NCBI GenBank assembly: GCA_030390025.1
Contig: JASTWF010000337.1
Span: forward strand, 496,001-525,409
From: Squalus acanthias
Taxonomy: Eukaryota
DNA length: 29,409 nt
Direction: 5' to 3'
This document shows positions 1-12,000 of this stretch, in pieces. Below the pieces are notes generated by a model. The model was not told the DNA's origin. It saw only the letters and a program-made list of their open reading frames with translations, and did not search any database. A program made the position numbers and the translations under genes. Within the stretch, counting starts at the first letter, position 1; each line of letters starts with the position of its first letter.

Positions 1-3000
1 CACTGTGTGGGGTACAGTGCAGTGTATGGAGTCTGGGTTCAGTGCAGTGTATGGAGTCTGGGTTTAGTGCAGTGTATGGAGTCTGGGTACAGTGCTCAAT
101 GTGTGGGGTTCAGTGCAGTGTATGGAGTCTGGGTACAGTGCAGTGTGTGGAGTCTGGGTTCAGTGCAGTGTATGGTGTCTGGGTACTGTGCAGTGTATGG
201 AGTCTGGGTACAGTGCTCACTGTGTGGGGTTCAGTGCAGTGTATGGAGTCTGGGTTCAGTGCTCACTGTGTGGGGTTCAGTGCAGTGTATGGAGTCTGGG
301 TACAGCGCTCACTGTGTGGGGTTCAGTGCAGTGTATGGAGTCTGGGTTCAGTGCTCACTGTGTGGGGTTCAGTGCAGTGTATGGAGTCTGGGTTCAGTGC
401 TCACTGTGTGGGGTTCAGTGCAGTGTATGGAGTCTGGGTTCAGTGGTCACTGTGTGGGGTTCAGTGCAGTGTATGGAGTCTGGGTACAGTGCTCACTGTG
501 TGGGGTTCAGTGCAGTGTATGGAGTCTGGGTTCAGTGCTCACTGTGTGGGGTTCAGTGCAGTGTATGGTGTCGGGGTACAGTTCACTGTGTGGGGTTCAG
601 TGCAGTGTATGTAGTCTGGGTACAGTGCTCACTGTGTGGGGTTCAGTGCAGTGTATGGAGTCTGGGTACATGGGCCCACTGTGTGGGGTACAGTGCAGTG
701 TATGGTGTCGGGGTTCAGTGTAGTGTATGGTGTCGGGGTACAGTGCAGTGTATGGAGTCTGGGTACAGTGCTCACTGTGTGGGGTACAGTGCAGTGTATG
801 GAGTCTGGGTTCAGTGCAGTGTATGGAGTCTGGGTTTAGTGCAGTGTATGGAGTCTGGGTACAGTGCTCAATGTGTGGGGTTCAGTGCAGTGTATGGAGT
901 CTGGGTACAGTGCAGTGTGTGGAGTCTGGGTTCAGTGCAGTGTATGGTGTCTGGGTACTGTGCAGTGTATGGAGTCTGGGTACAGTGCTCACTGTGTGGG
1001 GTTCAGTGCAGTGTATGGAGTCTGGGTTCAGTGCTCACTGTGTGGGGTTCAGTGCAGTGTATGGAGTCTGGGTACAGCGCTCACTGTGTGGGGTTCAGTG
1101 CAGTGTATGGAGTCTGGGTTCAGTGCTCACTGTGTGGGGTTCAGTGCAGTGTATGGAGTCTGGGTTCAGTGGTCACTGTGTGGGGTTCAGTGCAGTGTAT
1201 GGAGTCGGGGTACAGCGCTCACTGTGTGGGGTTCAGTGCAGTGTATGGAGTCGGGGTACAGCGCTCACTGTGTGGGGTTCAGTGCAGTGTATGGAGTCGG
1301 GGTACAGTGCTCACTGTGTGGGGTTCAGTGCAGTGTATGGAGTCTGGGTACAGCGCTCACTGTGTGGGGTTCAGTGCAGTGTATGGAGTCTGGGTACAGC
1401 GCTCACTGTGTGGGGTTCAGTGCAGTGTATGGAGTCGGGGTACAGTGCTCACTGTGTGGGGTTCAGTGCAGTGTATGGTGTCGGGGTTCAGTGCAGTGTA
1501 TGGTGTTGGGGTACAGTGCAGTGTATGGTGTCGGGGTACAGTGTCCACTGTGTGGGGTTCAGTGCAGTGTATGGAGTCTGGGTACAGTGCTCACTGTGTG
1601 GGGTTCAGTGCAGTGTCTGGAGTCTGGGTACAGTGCAGTGTATGGTGTCGGGGTTCAGTGCAGTGTATGGAGTCTGGGTACAGTGCAGTGTATGGTGTCG
1701 GGGTTCAGTGCAGTGTATGGAGTCTGGGTTCAGTGCAGTGTATGGAGTCGGGGTTCAGTGCAGTGTATGGTGTCGGGGTTCAGTGCAATGTATGGAGTCT
1801 GGGTTCAGTGCTCACTGTGTGGTGTTCAGTGCAGTGTATGGAGTCTGGGTGCAGTGCTCACTGTGTGGGGTTCAGTGCAGTGTATGGTGTCGGGGTTCAG
1901 TGCCCACTGTGTGGGGTACAGTGCAGTGTATGGAGTCTGGGTACAGTGCTCACTGTGTGGGGTTCAGTGCAGTGTATGGAGTCTGGGTACAGTGCTCACT
2001 CTGTGGGGTTCAGTGCAGTGTATGGAGTCTGGGTACAATGCTCACTGTGTGGGGTTCAGTGCAGTGTATGGAGTCTGGCTACAGTGCTCACTGTGTGGGG
2101 TTCAGTGCAGTGTATGGTGTCGGGGTTCAGTGCTCACTGTGTGGGGTTCAGTGCAGTGTATGGAGTCTGGGTAAAGTGCTCACTGTGTGGGGTTCGGTGC
2201 AGTGTATGGTGTCTGGGTACAGTGCAGTGTATGGTGTCGGGGTTCAGTGCAGTGTATGGTGTCGGGGTACAGTGCAGTGTATGGTGTTGGGGTACAGTGC
2301 CCACTGTGTGGGGTTCAGTGCTCACTGTGTGGGGTTCAGTGCCCATTGTGTGGGGTTCAGTGCAGTGTATGGAGCCTGGGTACAGTGCTCAGTGTGGGGT
2401 CAGTGCAGTGTATGGTGTCGGGGTTCAGTGCAGTGTATGGTGTCGGGGTACGGTGCTCACTGTATGGGGTACAGTGCTGTGTATAGTGTCTGGGTACAGT
2501 GCCCACTGTGTGGGGTTCAGTGCAGTGTATGGTGTCTGGGTACTGTGCCCACTGTGTGGGGTTCAGTGCAGTGTATGGTGTCGGGGTACAGTGCTCACTG
2601 TGTGGGGTTCAGTGCAGTGTATGGAGTCTGGGTACAGTGCCCACTGTGTGGGGTTCAGTGCAGTGTATGGAGTCTGGGTACAGTGCGCACTGTGTGGGGT
2701 TCAGTGCAGTGTATGGAGTCTGGGTACAGTGCTCACTGTGTGGGGTTCAGTGCAGTGTATGGAGTCTGGGTACAGTGCCCACTGTGTGGGGTTCAGTGCT
2801 GTGTATGGAGTCTGGGTGCAGTGCTCACTGTGTGGGGTTCAGTGCAGTGTATGGAGTCTGGGTACAGTGCTCACTCTGTGGGGTTCAGTGCAGTGTATGG
2901 TGTCGGGGTACAGTGCCCACTGTGTGGGGTTCAGTGCAGTGTATGGAGTCTGGTACAGTGCCCACTGTGTGGGGTACAGTGCAGTGTATAGTGTCTGGGT

Positions 3001-6000
3001 ACTGTGCTCACTGTGTGGGGTTCAGTGCAGTGTATGGTGTCGGGGTTCAGTGCCCACTGTGTGGGGTTCAGTGCAGTGTATGGAGTCTGGGTGCAGTGCT
3101 CACTGTGTGGGGTTCAGTGCAGTGTATGGAGTCTGGGTGCAGTGCTCACTGTGTGGGGTACAGTGCTGTGTATGGAGTCTGCTACAGTGCCCACTGTGTG
3201 GGGTACAGTGCAGTGTATAGTGTCTGGGTACTGTGCTCACTGTGTGGGGTTCAGTGCAGTGTGTGGTGTCGGGGTTCAGTGCAGTGTATGGAGTCGGGGT
3301 ACAGTGCTCACTGTGTGGGGTTCAGTGCAGTGTATGGAGTCTGGGTTCAGTGCTCACTGTGTGGGGTTCAGTGCAGTGTATGGTGTCGGGGTACAGTGCT
3401 CACTGTGTGGGGTTCAGTGCAGTGTATGGTGTCGGGGTACAGTTCACTGTGTGGGGTTCAGTGCAGTGTATGGAGTCTGGGTACAGCGCTCACTGTGTGG
3501 GGTTCAGTGCAGTGTATGGAGTCTGGGTACATGGGCCCACTGTGTGGGGTACAGTGCAGTGTATGGTGTCGGGGTTCAGTGTAGTGTATGGAGTCTGGGT
3601 ACAGTGCTCACTGTGTGGGGTACAGTGCAGTGTATGGAGTCTGGGTTCAGTGCAGTGTATGGAGTCTGGGTTTAGTGCAGTGTATGGAGTCTGGGTACAG
3701 TGCTCAATGTGTGGGGTTCAGTGCAGTGTATGGAGTCTGGGTACAGTGCAGTGTGTGGAGTCTGGGTTCAGTGCAGTTTTTGGTGTCTGGGTACTGTGCA
3801 GTGTATGGAGTCTGGGTACAGTGCTCACTGTGTGGGGTTCAGTGCAGTGTATGGAGTCTGGGTTCAGTGCTCACTGTGTGGGGTTCAGTGCAGTGTATGG
3901 AGTCTGGGTACAGCGCTCACTGTGTGGGGTTCAGTGCAGTGTATGGAGTCGGGGTACAGTGCTCACTGTGTGGGGTTCAGTGCAGTGTATGGAGTCTGGG
4001 TTCAGTGCTCACTGTGTGGGGTTCAGTGCAGTGTATGGAGTCTGGGTACAGCGCTCACTGTGTGGGGTTCAGTGCAGTGTATGGAGTCGGGGTACAGTGC
4101 CCACTGTGTGGGGTTCAGTGCAGTGTATGGAGTCTGGGTACAGTGCCCACTGTGTGGGGTACAGTGCAGTGTATGGAGTCTGGGTACAGTTCACTGTGTG
4201 GGGTTCAGTGCAGTGTATGGAGTCTGGGTGCAGTGCTCACTCTGTGGGGTTCAGTGTAGTGTATGGTGTCGGGGTACAGTGCCCACTGTGTGGGGTTCAG
4301 TGCAGTGTATGGAGTCTGGTACAGTGCTCACTTTGTGGGGTTCAGTGCAGTGTATGGAGTCTGGGTACAGTGCTCACTCTGTGGGGTTCAGTGTAGTGTA
4401 TGGTGTCGGGGTACAGTGCCCACTGTGTGGGGTTCAGTGCAGTGTATGGAGTCTGGTACAGTGCTCACTGTGTGGGGTTCAGTGCAGTGTATGGAGTCTG
4501 GGTACAGTGCTCACTCTGTGGGGTTCAGTGTAGTGTATGGTGTCGGGGTACAGTGCCCACTGTGTGGGGTTCAGTGCACTGTATGGAGTCTGGGCACAGT
4601 GCCCACTGTGTGGGGTTCAGTGCAGTGTATGGAGTCTGGGTACAGTGCCCACTGTTTGGGGTTCAGTGCAGTGTATGGAGTCTGGGTAAAGTGCTCACTG
4701 TGTGGGGTTCGGTGCAGTGTATGGTGTCTGGGTACAGTGCAGTGTATGGTGTCGGGGTTCAGTGCAGTGTATGGTGTCGGGGTACAGTGCAGTGTATGGT
4801 GTTGGGGTACAGTGCCCACTGTGTGGGGTACAGTGCTCACTATGTGGGGGACAGTGCAATGTATGGTGTCGGGGTTCAGGGCACTGTATGGAGGTTGGGT
4901 ACAGTGCTCACTGTGTGGGGTTCAGTGCAGTGTATGGTGTCGGGGTACAGTGCAGTGTATGATGTCGGGGTTCAGTGCAGTGTATGGTGTCGGAGTTCAG
5001 TGCAGTGTATGGTGTCGGGGTTCAGTGCTCACTGTGTGGGGTTCAGTGCACTGTATGGAGTCTGGGTACAGCGCTCACTGTGTGGGGTTCAGTGCTCACT
5101 GTGTGGGGTTCAGTGCCCATTGTGTCGGGTTCAGTGCAGTGTATGGAGCCTGGGTACAGTGCTCAGTGTGGGGTCAGTGCAGTGTATGGTGTCGGGGTTC
5201 AGTGCAGTGTATGGTGTCGGGGTACGGTGCTCACTGTATGGGGTACAGTGCTGTGTATAGTGTCTGGGTACAGTGCCCACTGTGTGGGGTTCAGTGCAGT
5301 GTATGGTGTCTGGGTACTGTGCCCACTGTGTGGGGTTCAGTGCAGTGTATGGTGTCGGGGTACAGTGCTCACTGTGTGGGGTTCAGTGCAGTGTATGGAG
5401 TCTGGGTACAGTGCTCACTGTGTGGGGTTCAGTGCAGTGTATGGAGTCTGGGTACAGTGCTCACTGTGTGGGGTTCAGTGCAGTGTATGGAGTCTGGGTA
5501 CAGTGCTCACTGTGTGGGGTTCAGTGCAGTGTATGGTGTTGGGGTTCAGTGCTCACTGTGTGGGGTTCAGTGCAGTGTATGGAGTCTGGGTACAGTTCAC
5601 TGTGTGGGGTTCAGTGCAGTGTATGGAGTCTGGGTACAGTGCTCACTGTGTGGGGTTCAGTGCAGTGTATGGAGTCTGGGTACAGTGCTCACTGTGTGGG
5701 GTTCAGTGCAGTGTATGGTGTCGGGGTACAGTGCCCACTGTGTGGGGTTCAGTGCAGTGTATGGTGTCGGGGTTCAGTGCAGTGTCTGGAGTCTGGGTGC
5801 AGTGCTCACTGTGTGGGGTACAGTGCTGTGTATGGAGTCTGCTACAGTGCCCACTGTGTGGGGTACAGTGCAGTGTATAGTGTCTGGGTACTGTGCTCAC
5901 TGTGTGGGGTTCAGTGCAGTGTATGGTGTCGGGGTTCAGTGCAGTGTATGGTGTCGGGGTACAGTGCCCACTGTGTGGGGTTCAGTGCAGTGTATGGAGT

Positions 6001-9000
6001 CTGGGTACAGTGCTCACTGTGTGGGGTTCAGTGCAGTGTATGGAGTCTGGGTTCAGTGCTCACTGTGTGGGGTTCAGTGCAGTGTATGGTGTCGGGGTAC
6101 AGTTCACTGTGTGGGGTTCAGTGCAGTGTATGGAGTCTGGGTACAGTGCTCACTGTGTGGGGTTCAGTGCAGTGTATGGAGTCTGGGTACATGGGCCCAC
6201 TGTGTGGGGTACAGTGCAGTGTATGGTGTCGGGGTTCAGTGTAGTGTATGGTGTCGGGGTACAGTGCAGTGTATGGAGTCTGGGTACAGTGCTCACTGTG
6301 TGGGGTACAGTGCAGTGTATGGAGTCTGGGTTCAGTGCAGTGTATGGAGTCTGGGTTTAGTGCAGTGTATGGAGTCTGGGTACAGTGCTCAATGTGTGGG
6401 GTTCAGTGCAGTGTATGGAGTCTGGGTACAGTGCAGTGTGTGGAGTCTGGGTTCAGTGCAGTGTATGGTGTCTGGGTACTGTGCAGTGTATGGAGTCTGG
6501 GTACAGTGCTCACTGTGTGGGGTTCAGTGCAGTGTATGGAGTCTGGGTTCAGTGCTCACTGTGTGGGGTTCAGTGCAGTGTATGGAGTCTGGGTACAGCG
6601 CTCACTGTGTGGGGTTCAGTGCAGTGTATGGAGTCTGGGTTCAGTGCTCACTGTGTGGGGTTCAGTGCAGTGTATGGAGTCTGGGTACAGCGCTCACTGT
6701 GTGGGGTTCAGTGCAGTGTATGGAGTCTGGGTTCAGTGCTCACTGTGTGGGGTTCAGTGCAGTGTATGGAGTCTGGGTTCAGTGGTCACTGTGTGGGGTT
6801 CAGTGCAGTGTATGGAGTCGGGGTACAGCGCTCACTGTGTGGGGTTCAGTGCAGTGTATGGAGTCGGGGTACAGCGCTCACTGTGTGGGGTTCAGTGCAG
6901 TGTATGGAGTCGGGGTACAGTGCTCACTGTGTGGGGTTCAGTGCAGTGTATGGAGTCTGGGTACAGCGCTCACTGTGTGGGGTTCAGTGCAGTGTATGGA
7001 GTCTGGGTACAGCGTCCACTGTGTGGGGTTCAGTGCAGTGTATGGAGTCTGGGTACAGTGCTCACTGTGTGGGGTTCAGTGCAGTGTCTGGAGTCTGGGT
7101 ACAGTGCAGTGTATGGTGTCGGGGTTCAGTGCAGTGTATGGAGTCTGGGTACAGTGCAGTGTATGGTGTCGGGGTTCAGTGCAGTGTATGGAGTCTGGGT
7201 TCAGTGCAGTGTATGGAGTCGGGGTTCAGTGCAGTGTATGGTGTCGGGGTTCAGTGCAATGTATGGAGTCTGGGTTCAGTGCTCACTGTGTGGTGTTCAG
7301 TGCAGTGTATGGAGTCTGGGTGCAGTGCTCACTGTGTGGGGTTCAGTGCAGTGTATGGTGTCGGGGTTCAGTGCCCACTGTGTGGGGTACAGTGCAGTGT
7401 ATGGAGTCTGGGTACAGTGCTCACTGTGTGGGGTTCAGTGCAGTGTATGGAGTCTGGGTACAGTGCTCACTCTGTGGGGTTCAGTGCAGTGTATGGAGTC
7501 TGGGTACAATGCTCACTCTGTGGGGTTCAGTGCAGTGTATGGAGTCTGGCTACAGTGCTCACTGTGTGGGGTTCAGTGCAGTGTATGGTGTCGGGGTTCA
7601 GTGCTCACTGTGTGGGGTTCAGTGCAGTGTATGGAGTCTGGGTAAAGTGCTCACTGTGTGGGGTTCGGTGCAGTGTATGGTGTCTGGGTACAGTGCAGTG
7701 TATGGTGTCGGGGTTCAGTGCAGTGTATGGTGTCGGGGTACAGTGCAGTGTATGGTGTTGGGGTACAGTGCCCACTGTGTGGGGTTCAGTGCTCACTGTG
7801 TGGGGTTCAGTGCCCATTGTGTGGGGTTCAGTGCAGTGTATGGAGCCTGGGTACAGTGCTCAGTGTGGGGTCAGTGCAGTGTATGGTGTCGGGGTTCAGT
7901 GCAGTGTATGGTGTCGGGGTACGGTGCTCACTGTATGGGGTACAGTGCTGTGTATAGTGTCTGGGTACAGTGCCCACTGTGTGGGGTTCAGTGCAGTGTA
8001 TGGTGTCTGGGTACTGTGCCCACTGTGTGGGGTTCAGTGCAGTGTATGGTGTCGGGGTACAGTGCTCACTGTGTGGGGTTCAGTGCAGTGTATGGAGTCT
8101 GGGTACAGTGCCCACTGTGTGGGGTTCAGTGCAGTGTATGGAGTCTGGCTATAGTGCCCACTGTGTGGGGTTCAGTGCAGTGTATGGAGTCTGGGTACAG
8201 TGCGCACTGTGTGGGGTTCAGTGCAGTGTATGGAGTCTGGGTACAGTGCGCACTGTGTGGGGTTCAGTGCAGTGTATGGAGTCTGGGTACAGTGCTCACT
8301 GTGTGGGGTTCAGTGCAGTGTATGGAGTCTGGGTACAGTGCCCACTGTGTGGGGTTCAGTGCAGTGTATGGAGTCTGGGTACAGTGCCCACTGTGTGGGG
8401 TTCAGTGCAGTGTATGGAGTCTGGGTACAGTGCCCACTGTGTGGGGTTCAGTGCTGTGTATGGAGTCTGGGTGCAGTGCTCACTGTGTGGGGTTCAGTGC
8501 AGTGTATGGAGTCTGGGTACAGTGCTCACTCTGTGGGGTTCAGTGCAGTGTATGGTGTCGGGGTACAGTGCCCACTGTGTGGGGTTCAGTGCAGTGTATG
8601 GAGTCTGGTACAGTGCCCACTGTGTGGGGTACAGTGCAGTAATTAGTGTCTGGGTACTGTGCTCACTGTGTGGGGTTCAGTGCAGTGTATGGTGTCGGGG
8701 TTCAGTGCCCACTGTGTGGGGTTCAGTGCAGTGTATGGAGTCTGGGTGCAGTGCTCATTGTGTGGGGTTCAGTGCAGTGTATGGAGTCTGGGTGCAGTGC
8801 TCACTGTGTGGGGTACAGTGCTGTGTATGGAGTCTGCTACAGTGCCCACTGTGTGGGGTACAGTGCAGTGTATAGTGTCTGGGTACTGTGCTCACTGTGT
8901 GGGGTTCAGTGCAGTGTGTGGTGTCGGGGTTCAGTGCAGTGTATGGAGTCGGGGTACAGTGCTCACTGTGTGGGGTTCAGTGCAGTGTATGGAGTCTGGG

Positions 9001-12000
9001 TTCAGTGCTCACTGTGTGGGGTTCAGTGCAGTGTATGGTGTCGGGGTACAGTGCTCACTGTGTGGGGTTCAGTGCAGTGTATGGTGTCGGGGTACAGTTC
9101 ACTGTGTGGGGTTCAGTGCAGTGTATGGAGTCTGGGTACAGCGCTCACTGTGTGGGGTTCAGTGCAGTGTATGGAGTCTGGGTACATGGGCCCACTGTGT
9201 GGGGTACAGTGCAGTGTATGGTGTCGGGGTTCAGTGTAGTGTATGGAGTCTGGGTACAGTGCTCACTGTGTGGGGTACAGTGCAGTGTATGGAGTCTGGG
9301 TTCAGTGCAGTGTATGGAGTCTGGGTTTAGTGCAGTGTATGGAGTCTGGGTACAGTGCTCAATGTGTGGGGTTCAGTGCAGTGTATGGAGTCTGGGTACA
9401 GTGCAGTGTGTGGAGTCTGGGTTCAGTGCAGTTTTTGGTGTCTGGGTACTGTGCAGTGTATGGAGTCTGGGTACAGCGCTCACTGTGTGGGGTTCAGTGC
9501 AGTGTATGGAGTCGGGGTACAGTGCCCACTGTGTGGGGTTCAGTGCAGTGTATGGAGTCTGGGTACAGTGCCCACTGTGTGGGGTACAGTGCAGTGTATG
9601 GAGTCTGGGTACAGTTCACTGTGTGGGGTTCAGTGCAGTGTATGGAGTCTGGGTACAGTGCTCACTCTGTGGGGTTCAGTGCAGTGTATGGAGTCTGGGT
9701 GCAGTGCTCACTCTGTGGGGTTCAGTGTAGTGTATGGTGTCGGGGTACAGTGCCCACTGTGTGGGGTTCAGTGCAGTGTATGGAGTCTGGTACAGTGCTC
9801 ACTGTGTGGGGTTCAGTGCAGTGTATGGAGTCTGGGTACAGTGCTCACTCTGTGGGGTTCAGTGTAGTGTATGGTGTCGGGGTACAGTGCCCACTGTGTG
9901 GGGTTCAGTGCAGTGTATGGAGTCTGGTACAGTGCTCACTGTGTGGGGTTCAGTGCAGTGTATGGTGTCGGGGTTCAGTGCAGTGTATGGAGTCTGGGTG
10001 CAGTGCTCACTGTGTGGGGTACAGTGCTGTGTATGGAGTCTGCTACAGTGCCCACTGTGTGGGGTACAGTGCAGTGTATAGTGTCTGGGTACTGTGCTCA
10101 CTGTGTGGGGTTCAGTGCAGTGTATGGTGTCGGGGTTCAGTGCAGTGTATGGTGTCGGGGTACAGTGCCCACTGTGTGGGGTTCAGTGCAGTGTATGGAG
10201 TCTGGGTACAGTGCTCACTGTGTGGGGTTCAGTGCAGTGTATGGAGTCTGGGTTCAGTGCTCACTGTGTGGGGTTCAGTGCAGTGTATGGTGTCGGGGTA
10301 CAGTTCACTGTGTGGGGTTCAGTGCAGTGTATGGAGTCTGGGTACAGTGCTCACTGTGTGGGGTTCAGTGCAGTGTATGGAGTCTGGGTACATGGGCCCA
10401 CTGTGTGGGGTACAGTGCAGTGTATGGTGTCGGGGTTCAGTGTAGTGTATGGTGTCGGGGTACAGTGCAGTGTATGGAGTCTGGGTACAGTGCTCACTGT
10501 GTGGGGTACAGTGCAGTGTATGGAGTCTGGGTTCAGTGCAGTGTATGGAGTCTGGGTTTAGTGCAGTGTATGGAGTCTGGGTACAGTGCTCAATGTGTGG
10601 GGTTCAGTGCAGTGTATGGAGTCTGGGTACAGTGCAGTGTGTGGAGTCTGGGTTCAATGCAGTGTATGGTGTCTGGGTACTGTGCAGTGTATGGAGTCTG
10701 GGTACAGTGCTCACTGTGTGGGGTTCAGTGCAGTGTATGGAGTCTGGGTTCAGTGCTCACTGTGTGGGGTTCAGTGCAGTGTATGGAGTCTGGGTACAGC
10801 GCTCACTGTGTGGGGTTCAGTGCAGTGTATGGAGTCTGGGTTCAGTGCTCACTGTGTGGGGTTCAGTGCAGTGTATGGAGTCTGGGTTCAGTGCTCACTG
10901 TGTGGGGTTCAGTGCAGTGTATGGAGTCGGGGTACAGTGCTCACTGTGTGGGGTTCAGTGCAGTGTATGGTGTCGGGGTTCAGTGCAGTGTATGGAGTCT
11001 GGGTTCAGTGCAGTGTATGGTGTTGGGGTACAGTGCAGTGTATGGTGTCGGGGTACAGTGTCCACTGTGTGGGGTTCAGTGCAGTGTATGGAGTCTGGGT
11101 ACAGTGCTCACTGTGTGGGGTTCAGTGCAGTCTCTGGAGTCTGGGTACAGTGCAGTGTATGGTGTCGGGGTTCAGTGCAGTGTATGGAGTCTGGGTACAG
11201 TGCAGTGTATGGTGTCGGGGTTCAGTGCAGTGTATGGAGTCTGGGTTCAGTGCAGTGTATGGAGTCGGGGTTCAGTGCAGTGTATGGTGTCGGGGTTCAG
11301 TGCAATGTATGGAGTCTGGGTTCAGTGCTCACTGTGTGGGGTTCAGTGCAGTGTATGGAGTCTGGGTGCAGTGCTCACTGTGTGGGGTTCAGTGCAGTGT
11401 ATGGTGTCGGGGTTCAGTGCCCACTGTGTGGGGTACAGTGCAGTGTATGGAGTCTGGGTACAGTGCTCACTGTGTGGGGTTCAGTGCAGTGTATGGAGTC
11501 TGGGTACAGTGCTCACTCTGTGGGGTTCAGTGCAGTGTATGGAGTCTGGGTACAATGCTCACTGTGTGGGGTTCAGTGCAGTGTATGGAGTCTGGCTACA
11601 GTGCTCACTGTGTGGGGTTCAGTGCAGTGTATGGTGTCGGGGTTCAGTGCTCACTGTGTGGGGTTCAGTGCAGTGTATGGAGTCTGGGTAAAGTGCTCAC
11701 TGTGTGGGGTTCGGTGCAGTGTATGGTGTCTGGGTACAGTGCAGTGTATGGTGTCGGGGTTCAGTGCAGTGTATGGTGTCGGGGTACAGTGCAGTGTATG
11801 GTGTTGGGGTACGGTGCTCACTGTATGGGGTTCAGTGCTCACTGTGTGGGGTTCAGTGCAGTGTATGGAGCCTGGGTACAGTGCTCAGTGTGGGGTCAGT
11901 GCAGTGTATGGTGTCGGGGTTCAGTGCAGTGTATGGTGTCGGGGTACGGTGCTCACTGTATGGGGTACAGTGCTGTGTATAGTGTCTGGGTACAGTGCCC